Source: a bacterium (lineage in GTDB: Bacteria > UBA8248). Taken from it: a DNA stretch of 64,000 nucleotides. Position numbers and translations under genes: made by a program. The notes under the pieces are model-generated. The model did no database searches. It saw only the letters and a program-made list of their open reading frames with translations, and was not told where the DNA came from. How positions within the stretch are numbered: position 1 is the first letter of the stretch; each line of letters opens with the position of its first letter. Shown here in pieces: positions 28,577 through 38,065 of this stretch. The stretch covers positions 2,752,001 through 2,816,000 of the forward strand of contig OY843592.1 in NCBI GenBank assembly GCA_963692865.2. The letters run 5' to 3'.

Positions 28577-29377
28577 TTGGATATCATCCTCTGCATCAAG
28601 CAAGTACAGGACCCCGACATCCCTCCCCGCGACTTCAAGGTGGACGAGGAGAAGATGGACGTCATCCCGCCCGCGAACGTATCGCCCGTCATCAACGGCT
28701 TTTGCGAAAACGCCGTCGAGGCGGCCATCAACTTGAAGGAAGCGCACGGCGGAAAAGTAACCGTAGTGACGATGGGCGACGAGAAAGCCAGGGACGGCCT
28801 CAAGAAATGCCTGGCCATGGGCTGCGATGAGGCCGTCCTGCTCCAGGATGAGGCCTTCGAGGGCTCAGACGCCTTCGCCACGGCGCGGATCCTCGCGGGC
28901 GCCGTTCAAAAGCTGGGCGCCTTCGACGTCATCCTCTGCGGCAGGCTGAGCAGCGACTGGAGTTACGGGACCACGGCGCTCGCCCTCGCCGAAGCGCTCG
29001 ATCTACCGAGCGTGAGCCAGCTCCAGAGCGTGGAGAAAACCGACTCGGGCCTGCGCTGCGAACGCGCCCTCGAGGACGGCGTGGAGGTCGTGGAAGTCTC
29101 CACGCCCTGCCTGCTCACCGCAAGCAACGAGATCAACACCCCCCGCCTGCCCTCGGTCAAAGGCATCCTGATGGCGTCGCGCAAGCAGATTCCCGTTTGG
29201 AGCGCGGCGGATATCGAGATAGACCCCGCCTCGGTCGGGAGCGCGGCGGCCACGTTTGAAGTCACCAAATTCTACAAACCCGTTTTCGACGGAAACTGCG
29301 AATTCATCGAAGGCGAATCGCTCGAAGAAGCGGCGGGCGCCCTGGCCCTGCGCCTTCGTGAAGATAAAATCATCTAA
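28577..29377 (+). CDS. etfB: Electron transfer flavoprotein beta subunit
   Basis: CIKQVQD, NAVEAA, LAMGCD, ILCGRLSSD, NTPRLPSVKGI. TTG start after AAGGAG. Confidence 0.95.
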   Translation: MDIILCIKQVQDPDIPPRDFKVDEEKMDVIPPANVSPVINGFCENAVEAAINLKEAHGGKVTVVTMGDEKARDGLKKCLAMGCDEAVLLQDEAFEGSDAFATARILAGAVQKLGAFDVILCGRLSSDWSYGTTALALAEALDLPSVSQLQSVEKTDSGLRCERALEDGVEVVEVSTPCLLTASNEINTPRLPSVKGILMASRKQIPVWSAADIEIDPASVGSAAATFEVTKFYKPVFDGNCEFIEGESLEEAAGALALRLREDKII

Positions 29378-29395
29378 GGGAGAAAGAACAACGCC

Positions 29396-30388
29396 ATGTC
29401 GAACAACGTCCTCATCCTCGCCGAGCGCGCAGGAGACAAACTCGCGCTCGTGAGCAGCGAACTCTGCAGCATCGGCCGAAAACTCGCCGACGAAAAAGGC
29501 GGCTCCCTCGCGGCGCTCCTGCTCGGCGGCGCGGGCACGAACGAGTTGGCGAAAGGACTCATCGCCCTGGGCGCCGACAAGGTGCTGGCGGCCGAATCCG
29601 GTATCCTGGCGGGCTACACCAATGCGGCGTACCTGAAAGTGATCGACGCCGCCCTGGGCGAGGAGAACCCGAATATATTCCTCGTCGCCAACACTTCCAT
29701 GGGGCGGGACGTGGCGCCCCGGCTCGCTTTCCGGCGCGGGGCCAGCTACGCGCACGACTGCACGGACCTGACGCTCGAAGACGGCAAGCTCGCCGCCGTC
29801 CGCCCGGTGCACGGGGGCAGCGCCATCAGCCACGTCCGCTCGAAAACGGACGCCCTCTCCATCGCGTCCACGCGCGCGAAGGCCCTGCCGCTGGCCGACA
29901 TACAGGAGGGCCGCGAGGGCGAGTTCATGGAGATCGGCGTTTCCGTGGACGCAGACGAGATTCGCATGAACTTCGTGGAGGCGAAAAAGGTGGAGGCCGA
30001 AGGCGTAAGGCTGGAAGACGCGGAAATCGTCGTGAGCGGCGGCCGCGGCCTGGGCGGGCCAGAGAATTTCGAATATCTCCAGGAACTCGCCAAGGTGCTT
30101 AAAGCCGCCGTGGGCGCGAGCCGCGCCGCCGTCGACGCGGGCTGGGTGCCGACGCCCATGCAGGTGGGCCAGACGGGCAAGATCGTGAGCCCCAACCTCT
30201 ACATCGCCGTCGGCATCTCGGGCGCGATGCAGCACATGGTCGGCGCGGGGCCGAGCAAGAACATCGTGGCCATCAACACCGACGCCGAAGCGCCCATCTT
30301 CCAGCGCGCGCGCTACGGCATCGTGGGCGACTACAAGAAAGTCATCCCCGCCCTCACGGAAAAATGCAGGGAATTGATGGACGCCTGA
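29396..30388 (+). CDS. etfA: Electron transfer flavoprotein alpha subunit
   Basis: [47 protein letters not shown]. Confidence 0.96.
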   Translation: MSNNVLILAERAGDKLALVSSELCSIGRKLADEKGGSLAALLLGGAGTNELAKGLIALGADKVLAAESGILAGYTNAAYLKVIDAALGEENPNIFLVANTSMGRDVAPRLAFRRGASYAHDCTDLTLEDGKLAAVRPVHGGSAISHVRSKTDALSIASTRAKALPLADIQEGREGEFMEIGVSVDADEIRMNFVEAKKVEAEGVRLEDAEIVVSGGRGLGGPENFEYLQELAKVLKAAVGASRAAVDAGWVPTPMQVGQTGKIVSPNLYIAVGISGAMQHMVGAGPSKNIVAINTDAEAPIFQRARYGIVGDYKKVIPALTEKCRELMDA

Positions 30389-30394
30389 TTTTCA

Positions 30395-30843
30395 GGGGGT
30401 TGTCGAAAAAGCCCGTCCTGAGAGCGATCGCGTTTGATGCAGTTCCTCCTTTCTCAGTCGGAACTGACCTCATCGGTCGCGTCAAATCCTCGTCTTGCAT
30501 GCCACTGTATCGACCTCATCCTGAGTAGGCGCGCAAGCGCTCCTCCATCAGTCGCGTCAAACACTCATTCATCAATCGCGTTTGACCCCGCAGGCGCGAA
30601 CTTCGCCCTTCGAAAGGCTCAGGACAGGCTCCTTCGAAACGCGGCTTCGCCGCTACTCAGGGTGAGGCGGTGCGTCGGGTTGCTCAGGGGGGAGGGAGAT
30701 ATTACGCGCCGGGGCAGCGAATGCGCCGCAGGTATCGCTCTTCCCGAGAAGGGAAGACCGACTCTTGAGAGATTTTTTTCAACACGCCCCCCTGGTAGTG
30801 GAGTGGCTTGGTACTTCACGCAAATTGTTTATCAACAACCCCA
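30395..30843. repeat. MITE-like composite repeat
   Basis: GGGGGTTGTCGAAAAAGCCC at 30395. Internal CCTCATCCTGAGTAGGCGCG / CTACTCAGGGTGAGG and repeated CATCAGTCGCGT(C/T). Ends TTTTTTCAACACGCCC and TTTATCAACAACCCC. Confidence 0.8.
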
Positions 30844-30943
30844 TATGCGGTCCCTGCATTCGTATTGACAAGTCGACCATCGGAGGGTGTCGAAGGGGCT
30901 TCGAACAAGGACAGGCGCGACCTGTCCCAACTGAAAAAGCCCC

Positions 30944-31678
30944 TCAGGCGAGGGGCTGGTAGGCCCAGACGACGCGGCCCACGATTCTGTCGGCTGGTTC
31001 TTCTCCGTCCAGATCGATGTGGGTGACCGCCTCGTCGCGGTTCTCCGGCACCAGCCACAGGCGGGGCGGCGTCCACTGGAGCCGCTTGAGCGTGCAGCCG
31101 CCGGATTCGTCCCGAACGGCATAAATACCGTCGGGAACGATGGCCTTGTCTCGCCGGTCGATAACGACCACGGCGCCCGGCTGTATGAGGGGAACCATGC
31201 TGCGGCCCATCGCCCTGTCCACCCGGACCGAGACCAAATCCCCACGCCCGGCGATTTGAGAGACGTGGATGAGGGCGTATTCCTCGATGTTCTCGTCCAC
31301 GATCCTGGCGCTTCCCGCCGCGATGGAGCCCGACACCAGGGGCACGGCGCGGAAATCCGCATCGCTCACCCTGCCCGGCGCCTGCAAGTTCTCGCTCATG
31401 CTCAAAGAGACGTCCAGGGGACCGACGCCGGGGGTTTCCCGCGCGCCGCTTCTGCCGAGGAGCCAGTCGACGGACACGCCGAGCGCCCGTGCGATCTCGA
31501 AGAGCCTGCTCGCGCTCGGCTCGTTCCGGCCCTGCTCGTAGCGGGTGAGGTTCGCCCACGTGACGCCCGCCGCGCGGGCGAGCTGGTTGCGGTTCCAGCC
31601 CTTGCGCTCGCGCGCGCGCGCGATGCGAAGGCCCAGTTCGTGCGCGTACTCGGAACGGGGTTTGGGAGATTCGGGCAT
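30944..31678 (-). CDS. XRE-HTH + S24 peptidase repressor (phage CI/LexA-like)
   Basis: RIARARERKGWNRNQLARAAGV....LTRYEQGRNEP HTH, cleavage loop VPLVSGSIAAG, catalytic SMVP and TLKRL, IVGRVV. Confidence 0.9.
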   Translation of the reverse strand: MPESPKPRSEYAHELGLRIARARERKGWNRNQLARAAGVTWANLTRYEQGRNEPSASRLFEIARALGVSVDWLLGRSGARETPGVGPLDVSLSMSENLQAPGRVSDADFRAVPLVSGSIAAGSARIVDENIEEYALIHVSQIAGRGDLVSVRVDRAMGRSMVPLIQPGAVVVIDRRDKAIVPDGIYAVRDESGGCTLKRLQWTPPRLWLVPENRDEAVTHIDLDGEEPADRIVGRVVWAYQPLA

Positions 31679-31811
31679 AGGCTTCGTGGAGGGCCTTGAA
31701 GTTCCCCTCCCGGGGCGGATGTCGTCGTAAGACGCCCAGCCTATCACACTTTGGCCATCAGAGCGAAAAAAGGGTCCCCGCCACCACGCGGCGAGGACCC
31801 CCGGGGTTGGA

Positions 31812-32501
31812 TTAGTCGTCCAGAACCGCCACGGCGCGGACGGGGCTGCCCGTTCCCTCGCGGAACTTGAGCGGAAGGGAGATGAACTGGAACTCGCCCT
31901 TGCCCAGCAGGGCTTCGAGGTTGCACAAGCTCTCCAGATGCGTGATTCCCCTCTCCCAGCAGGTTTTGTGCACAAGGGCGTTCACGTCGCCCTCGGGGCC
32001 GGGGCGCATGGAGTCGATCCCGAAATGGACGATCCCCTGATCCGCGAGCCATTCGGTGGCCTCCACGTTCAGGCCGGGGTTGTCCGATCCATACGCTTTC
32101 GTGGGGTAGGTGCGTGCGTGATGGCCCGTGCAGAGCAAGATGGTGCCGCCCTTGGGGATCGAGAGGCCGGTCTTCTTCACCGCTTCATCGAGGTCGTTCG
32201 AGCTGATTTCCGCCCGGGGGGCGACGTGCTGCAGATCGATGCAGATGCCGCGGACGATGCAGTTCTCGAGCGGGTACTCGTTCATCGGCTGCGCGTCCTG
32301 GTGGAAGTGGCGCGGCGCGTCGAGATGCGTGGTGCCGTGCTCGGGCATGGTGACGAAGTTCAGGGCGTTCCCCCAGACGTTGCCCGAATCCTTGAAGGCC
32401 TCTTCGTGGTTTTTCCACTCGGCGTAGAGGATGGGCGGCTGGCCCGGGTACGCGGGCGTGCGGTGGTAGATCTCTCGTGAAAGGTCAACGATGGTAGGCA
32501 T
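31812..32501 (-). CDS. Cyclase-family metallohydrolase (kynurenine formamidase-like)
   Basis: IVDLS...PAYPG, EHGTTHLDAPRH, GIDS, HLESLCNL, PLK...GTGSPVRAVA. Confidence 0.9.
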   Translation of the reverse strand: MPTIVDLSREIYHRTPAYPGQPPILYAEWKNHEEAFKDSGNVWGNALNFVTMPEHGTTHLDAPRHFHQDAQPMNEYPLENCIVRGICIDLQHVAPRAEISSNDLDEAVKKTGLSIPKGGTILLCTGHHARTYPTKAYGSDNPGLNVEATEWLADQGIVHFGIDSMRPGPEGDVNALVHKTCWERGITHLESLCNLEALLGKGEFQFISLPLKFREGTGSPVRAVAVLDD

Positions 32502-32521
32502 AGATTTTTTCTCCTTTTCGC

Positions 32522-33763
32522 CTAAACGGTGCAGCGCAATATATGAAGTCCATGGTTCTTGTCCGTCACGTAAACGATCCCGCGCCTGTCCACGATGACG
32601 TCCTCGCTCTGGGTAACGAGCGTTTTGGGCAGCATGCCGAGGCGCTTCGCCGGGTCGGCGGGGATGTAGTGCGCGATCTCGCGCGGGTGGATGGGTTCGG
32701 AGATGTCGTAGACCCTGAGGCCTGCGTTGAAGTACGTCAGATAGACGCGGTCTTCTCTTTGCTCCAGGCAATCGAGCCCCTGGGGATGGTGCTGGTTGTG
32801 CGGGCCGAATCGTCCGCCGCGCTCGCAGAAGCTCTTGTGCGAGTAGCCGGGCGGCGGCTCGGGCACCGGGAAGAGCGACATGAGCCTCGGGTTCTCCTCG
32901 TCCTCGATGTCGACAATCGCCGTGTAGTTGAGCGGCTCGTCGCAGTTCTCCTTGAGCGCCTCGCTGTTGATGATGGCGAAACCCCGGCTGAGATAGGGAT
33001 AGGCCGTGTGCACGGCGATGGCGCTGCCGAGCGGCGGGTAGACGTTGAAGCGGCTGACGAGTTTGGGGTTGGCGATATCCTCGATATTCGCGATGACGAA
33101 TCCGCCCCGCGCATAGGGCAGATAGGCGCGCCCGTTCTCCGCATGGGCAGGCCCGTGCTGAAACACGCGCATCCCCTCGCTCCAGTCGTCCGACATATCG
33201 GTCTCCGCCCCCTCCTGTTCGGGCAGCCAGAAGCGGCCCGCCTCCCTGGGGTTTCGGGGATCGGCCAGATCCAGGATGCGGTAGATGTTCCCATCATAAC
33301 CGGGCGCGTAGGCCGAGAGGTGGGCGTAGCGGCCGCCGTTGTAGAAATTGCGGTGCGTGCCGTCGGCCCCCGTCCGCCAGTGGGAGAGAAGCTCCGGCTC
33401 CGCGGGGTCTTTTTTCACGTCCCAGATATAGACGCCCTCTGCCTCGGGCGGGTCCTCTGGCCGCGGCCCCCAGCCGGGGGGGATTCTCTCCAGTGAGGTG
33501 ATGAGCAGTCCATCCGCCACCTGCACCTGAAGCGTCCAGGTGTTGTCGGGACCCTCGATGAACCTGAGGAGTTCGGGGTTTTCGGGATCGGTTACGTCCA
33601 GAATGCTCCAGCCGCTCACCCAGAATTGCGAGAGGTAGAGGTAAAACCGCCCGTCCACCTCCTGAATCGCCGTCTTGAAGGCGGGCCTGTCCTCCAGGTC
33701 GTGGTAGCCGAGCAACTCCATGTTTTCGCTGCTGATTGCCGCAGGCGCCTGCGCGAGACTCAT
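32522..33763 (-). CDS. LVIVD-repeat beta-propeller protein, possibly a metallo-hydrolase
   Basis: Repeated ILDVTDP / IWDVKKDP / ILDLADP / VYDISEP strands. Conserved GTHRN, HTAYP and GGRFGPHNQH. Confidence 0.75.
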   Translation of the reverse strand: MSLAQAPAAISSENMELLGYHDLEDRPAFKTAIQEVDGRFYLYLSQFWVSGWSILDVTDPENPELLRFIEGPDNTWTLQVQVADGLLITSLERIPPGWGPRPEDPPEAEGVYIWDVKKDPAEPELLSHWRTGADGTHRNFYNGGRYAHLSAYAPGYDGNIYRILDLADPRNPREAGRFWLPEQEGAETDMSDDWSEGMRVFQHGPAHAENGRAYLPYARGGFVIANIEDIANPKLVSRFNVYPPLGSAIAVHTAYPYLSRGFAIINSEALKENCDEPLNYTAIVDIEDEENPRLMSLFPVPEPPPGYSHKSFCERGGRFGPHNQHHPQGLDCLEQREDRVYLTYFNAGLRVYDISEPIHPREIAHYIPADPAKRLGMLPKTLVTQSEDVIVDRRGIVYVTDKNHGLHILRCTV

Positions 33764-33956
33764 CGCATCCTCACTTATGATGTACTCTTTGACTCTTCGC
33801 CAAAATGTGGAAGAGAATGTCCGTCGAATTGTTAGCGGAGCCAAGCCTTATGTACCCCACTACCGCACGGCGGTAAAGCCCCGCAGCGAGTTTGCGCGCG
33901 CGAACGGAATCGCGGCGCGGGGCCATACGCCGGGCGCACTGCAAAGCGGAGAAGAA

Positions 33957-34721
33957 ATGACCTCACCCGGCGTGGATTTGAGCGGCAAGGTAGCCTGCAT
34001 CACGGGCGGCGGCCAGGGGCTCGGCGCATCGATGGCCGTCGGGCTCGCGGAGGCGGGCGCGGACCTCGTCCTCATCGGCAGGCGGCCCGAGCCGATGGTC
34101 GAGACCGCGAAGCGGTGCGAGAAATTCGGAGTGCGCGCCAGACCCGCCGTCTGCGACGTGACGGATTCATCTCGCGTGAACGCCCTGTTCGAGCAGGTCA
34201 ACAGGGAACTCGGCGGCCCGCACATTCTCATCAACAGCGCGGGCGTCTCGCTCCCCAGCCCGATTCTCGAAATGATGGACGAACTCTGGCGCGAGACCAT
34301 CGATTTGAACCTGAGCGGCATGTTCTACTGCTGCCGCGCGGCGGTGCGCCACATGCTCGAGGCGGGAGGAGGCAAGATCGTCAACTTGGGCTCGGGCGCG
34401 GGCAGCCGGGGCCGCCCGAACCAGGTGGCCTACGCGGCGTCGAAATCTGGGGTGCGGGGATTCACCGAGGCGCTCGCCGTCGAGCTTGCGGAGAAGAACA
34501 TCCAGGTGAACAACATCGCGCCGGGCCGCTTCCCTACCCCGATGACGCTCGATCGCATCGCCGACCCGGCGCAGAGCGAGGAATTCCTGCGCTACGTTCC
34601 CATGAAGCGCTACGGCGAAATCGAGGAAATACGGCCGCTCGTCGTCTACCTATGCGGCCCGCAGAGCGACTTCATGACCGGGCAGACGATATACCTCGAC
34701 GGCGGTAGCAACGCGCTCTAG
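33957..34721 (+). CDS. Classical short-chain dehydrogenase/reductase
   Basis: TGGGQGLG, INSAG, catalytic YAASK, VNNIAPG, TGQTIYLDGG. Confidence 0.93.
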   Translation: MTSPGVDLSGKVACITGGGQGLGASMAVGLAEAGADLVLIGRRPEPMVETAKRCEKFGVRARPAVCDVTDSSRVNALFEQVNRELGGPHILINSAGVSLPSPILEMMDELWRETIDLNLSGMFYCCRAAVRHMLEAGGGKIVNLGSGAGSRGRPNQVAYAASKSGVRGFTEALAVELAEKNIQVNNIAPGRFPTPMTLDRIADPAQSEEFLRYVPMKRYGEIEEIRPLVVYLCGPQSDFMTGQTIYLDGGSNAL

Positions 34722-35512
34722 GCCCGCACCACGTCGCACCGCCCGCCGTCCACGTTGATGGATTCGCCCGTGATGTTCGAGGCCAGGTCGGAAACCAGAA
34801 ACAACGCCGCGTTTGCGCAGTCCTCGGCCCTTGTCAGGCGGTTCATGGGCAGTTCGGCGCGTCTTTCGGCATCCACTTCATCATAAGTTCGGTTCGTGAT
34901 GTCGGCGATCCGCTTCGTCTGCCGGACGTACCTCGGCGTATCCGTCGTGCCGGGGTTGATGAGGTTCACGCGGATGTTCTCGGGGGCGAGCCTGCGTGCG
35001 AGCTGGTGCTTGTAGGCGGCGAGGCCCGCGTTCGGGATGCAGCCCGAGCCGTGGAATTCCGAGGTGTGGACGTGGCTCAGCCCCGAGAAATAGACGATGG
35101 CGCCCCCGCCCCGCTTTCTCATCTGCGGAATCGCGGCCTTCGTCAGGCGAACGGCGGCGCGGAGCTTGAGGTCGATGGCGAGGTCGATGTCCTCATCCGT
35201 CGTCACGATGGGGTCCGTGCGCCTGCTCACGCCCGCGGCGCTTACGAGAAAATTGATTCCCCCGAGCCGGGCGCAGGTCTCCTCCACCACATGCTCCGTC
35301 CGGCCCTGTTCGGTGAGGTCGCCCGCCAGCACTTCCGCGCGTCCTCCCGCTGCGATGATATCCGAGGCGGTCTGCTTCAAATTTTCCTCGTTCCGGGCCG
35401 CGAGGGCGACGCTCGCGCCCGCGCGCGCCAGCACCACCGCGCACGCCTGCCCGATGCCCTGGCTCGAACCCGTCACCAAGGCGATTTTTCCGCTCAAATC
35501 TATCGCGATCAT
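34718..35512 (-). CDS. Atypical SDR lacking YxxxK
   Basis: TGSSQGIG, IRVNLINPG and TGESINVDGG are present, but the catalytic helix reads GSGCIPNAGL. Confidence 0.88.
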   Translation of the reverse strand: MIAIDLSGKIALVTGSSQGIGQACAVVLARAGASVALAARNEENLKQTASDIIAAGGRAEVLAGDLTEQGRTEHVVEETCARLGGINFLVSAAGVSRRTDPIVTTDEDIDLAIDLKLRAAVRLTKAAIPQMRKRGGGAIVYFSGLSHVHTSEFHGSGCIPNAGLAAYKHQLARRLAPENIRVNLINPGTTDTPRYVRQTKRIADITNRTYDEVDAERRAELPMNRLTRAEDCANAALFLVSDLASNITGESINVDGGRCDVVRA

Positions 35513-35692
35513 CTATTCCCCTTTCCTTGCAATCCGTTCATACTCAAAACTGCGCCTGGATTGAATGCAGACGAAACGTCAACACCGCGACTCTTCAGCC
35601 GGGCGCTGGATTTTCATGACGATTTTTCTTATACACGAGTTGTCCTTCGGCGGCATTCCAGGCGGCGTTGACATTCACTGAGGCGGCGGGCC

Positions 35693-36931
35693 ATGACGAA
35701 GAAAAGCATTTCGGACATCGACGTGCGCGGCAAGCGCGTACTCATGCGGGTGGACTTCAACGTCCCGCAGAGCGCGAATGGCCGCATCGCCGATGACCGC
35801 AGAATCCGCATGGCGCTGCCCACGATCAACCATATCTTGAATGGCGGCGGCCGCCTCGTTCTCATGAGTCACCTGGGGCGCCCGACGGGAGAAGGCCCCG
35901 AGGCCGACGCCAGATGGACGCTCGCGCCCATCGCCGAGCGCCTGGGTGAGCTGCTCGGCGAGAGCGTCTTATTCGCGCAAGACAGTGTGGGACCCGCCGC
36001 CGAGAGCGCGGTCGCGGCACTTGGAGACGGGGAATGCTGCCTGCTCGAAAACCTGCGCTTCCACAAGGCCGAGCAGATCAGGGACAAGGCGGCCTCGGGC
36101 GATGCGGCCTTAAAGAGCGAAAAAGACGCCTTCGCGCGAGGACTGGCGTCGCTGGCTGAAGTATATGTGAACGACGCCTTCGGCACCTGCCACCGCGACA
36201 ACGCGAGCATGCTCACCGTACCCCAGATGATGGCGAATCAACCCCGCGTCGCGGGATTCCTGCTCGAAAAGGAGCTTCAGTACCTGGGCGGCGCGCTCGA
36301 TGCGCCCGAGCAGCCTTTCCTCGCCATCATCGGGGGCAAGAAAGTTTCGGACAAGATGATGGTCATCGAAACTCTGTTGGGCAAATGCGACCGTGTGCTC
36401 ATCGGCGGAGCCATGGTCTACACCTTCATGCGGGCGAACGGCCAGGAGACGGGCGCGAGCCTCGTGGAGGAAGACAGGGTGGACGTGGCCGCTCGGCTGC
36501 AGGCCATGGGGAGAGAAAAACTCGTTCTGCCCACGGACGTCGTGGCCGCGCGCGCCATCGAGGAGGGCGCGTCCTTCGAGGTGTTCCAGGGCGTGATTCC
36601 AGAGGGCCTGATGGGTCTCGACATCGGCCCCGAATCCGCGCAGCGGTTCTCGGAGATGATTTCAGACGCGAAAACCATCGTCTGGAACGGTCCGATGGGC
36701 GTCTTCGAGGTCAAGCCCTTCGACGCCGGCACGTTCACCGTCGCGCGCGCCCTCGCGGAAGCGACGAAAAACGGGGCGACGAGCGTCATCGGCGGCGGCG
36801 ACAGCGCGGCGGCCATCGAGATGGCCGGGCTGAGCGGGCAGGTGAGCCACGTGAGCACGGGCGGGGGCGCGAGCCTCGAGTTCATGGAGGGGAAATCGTT
36901 CCAGGCCGTCGAAATTCTCGATGATTTGTAG
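35693..36931 (+). CDS. pgk: Phosphoglycerate kinase
   Basis: RVDFNVP, SHLGRP, LENLRF, YVNDAFGTCHR, GLDIGP, WNGPMGVFE, GGGDS, HVSTGGGASLE. Confidence 0.98.
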   Translation: MTKKSISDIDVRGKRVLMRVDFNVPQSANGRIADDRRIRMALPTINHILNGGGRLVLMSHLGRPTGEGPEADARWTLAPIAERLGELLGESVLFAQDSVGPAAESAVAALGDGECCLLENLRFHKAEQIRDKAASGDAALKSEKDAFARGLASLAEVYVNDAFGTCHRDNASMLTVPQMMANQPRVAGFLLEKELQYLGGALDAPEQPFLAIIGGKKVSDKMMVIETLLGKCDRVLIGGAMVYTFMRANGQETGASLVEEDRVDVAARLQAMGREKLVLPTDVVAARAIEEGASFEVFQGVIPEGLMGLDIGPESAQRFSEMISDAKTIVWNGPMGVFEVKPFDAGTFTVARALAEATKNGATSVIGGGDSAAAIEMAGLSGQVSHVSTGGGASLEFMEGKSFQAVEILDDL

Positions 36932-37009
36932 AGGCCGCACGGATGCCGCATAATCGTCCCGCAGTATGAGGCTTTCAAGTTTTCAAGCCGTTTTCGAGGG
37001 TGCAAGCAA

Positions 37010-38017
37010 GTGAAGAACAACATTCTGGAGGCCATCGGCGACACGCCGATCGTCAGGCTCAACTCCATCGGCGCAGGCGTCGAATCGGAACTGTTCGTCA
37101 AGGTCGAATACATGAATCCGGGCCTCTCGGTGAAAGACCGCATCGCACAGCTGATCGTCGAGGACGCCGAGAAAAAGGGCGAACTGAAGCCCGGCGGCGC
37201 CATCGTCGAAGCCACCTCGGGCAACACCGGCGCGGGGCTCGCCATCGTCGCCGCCATCAAGGGCTACCGCTGCGTTTTCGTGATGCCCGACAAGATGAGC
37301 CAGGAGAAGATCGACCGGCTGCGCGCGTACGGCGCCAAAGTCATCGTAACGCCCACGGTCGCGCTCGACGATCCCGAAAGCCACTACAGCGTCGCGCGCC
37401 GGATCGTGGAGGAGACGCCCAACTGCATCCTGGCGAACCAGTACAACAACCCGAACAATCCCGAGTCCCACTACCGCATGACGGGGCCCGAGATATGGCG
37501 CCAGACGGGAGGCGAATTCGACGCCTTCGTCACCGGTCTCGGCACGGGCGGCACCATATCGGGCACGGGGAGGTTTCTCAAAGAAAAAAATCCCAATATC
37601 AGGATCGTCGGCGTCGACCCCATCGGTTCGATTCTCTACGGCCTGTTTTACGGGGAAACCGACCCAGAAGCCGGCTCCTACAAGACAGAGGGCATCGGGG
37701 AGAGCTTCAAGCCCAATACGCTCAGTTTTGAGAACATCGACGAGGTCGTCCGCGTGACCGACGGGGAATGCCTCCTGATGGCGCGCAGGCTGGCGAGGGA
37801 AGAAGGCATCCTGGCGGGAGGGTCTGCGGGCGGCGCGGTGGCGGGCGCCGTGCGCTACGCGGAATCGCTCGATAAGCCTAAGAGAATCGTCACCCTTATG
37901 CCGGATTCGGGCATGTTTTACCTCAGCAAGATATTCTCCGACGAATGGATGGTCGCCAACGCGTTCCTCACCGAGGAGGAACTGGAAGAAGAAGCGGCAC
38001 CCAGGAGCGCGTCCTAG
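37010..38017 (+). CDS. cbs: Cystathionine beta-synthase / cysteine-synthase-family PLP enzyme, catalytic core only
   Basis: EYMNPGLSVKDRIA (PLP Lys), EATSGNTG, NQYNNP, GTGGT, EGIG, YLSKIFSDEWM. Upstream of cystathionine gamma-lyase. Confidence 0.88.
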   Translation: MKNNILEAIGDTPIVRLNSIGAGVESELFVKVEYMNPGLSVKDRIAQLIVEDAEKKGELKPGGAIVEATSGNTGAGLAIVAAIKGYRCVFVMPDKMSQEKIDRLRAYGAKVIVTPTVALDDPESHYSVARRIVEETPNCILANQYNNPNNPESHYRMTGPEIWRQTGGEFDAFVTGLGTGGTISGTGRFLKEKNPNIRIVGVDPIGSILYGLFYGETDPEAGSYKTEGIGESFKPNTLSFENIDEVVRVTDGECLLMARRLAREEGILAGGSAGGAVAGAVRYAESLDKPKRIVTLMPDSGMFYLSKIFSDEWMVANAFLTEEELEEEAAPRSAS

Positions 38018-38065
38018 AGTTCGACGCCGAAAACAGAAGCCGCCCCCACGCCTACCGGGAGTCCC

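Noticed and set aside
30420-30600. Repeated CATCAGTCGCGT units suggestive of a CRISPR array
   Set aside because: The units are short, degenerate and irregularly spaced, recur inside other REP composites, and there are no cas genes.
30944-31975. Prophage around the CI-like repressor
   Set aside because: There are no integrase, cro, replication or structural genes; the flanks are host metabolic genes.
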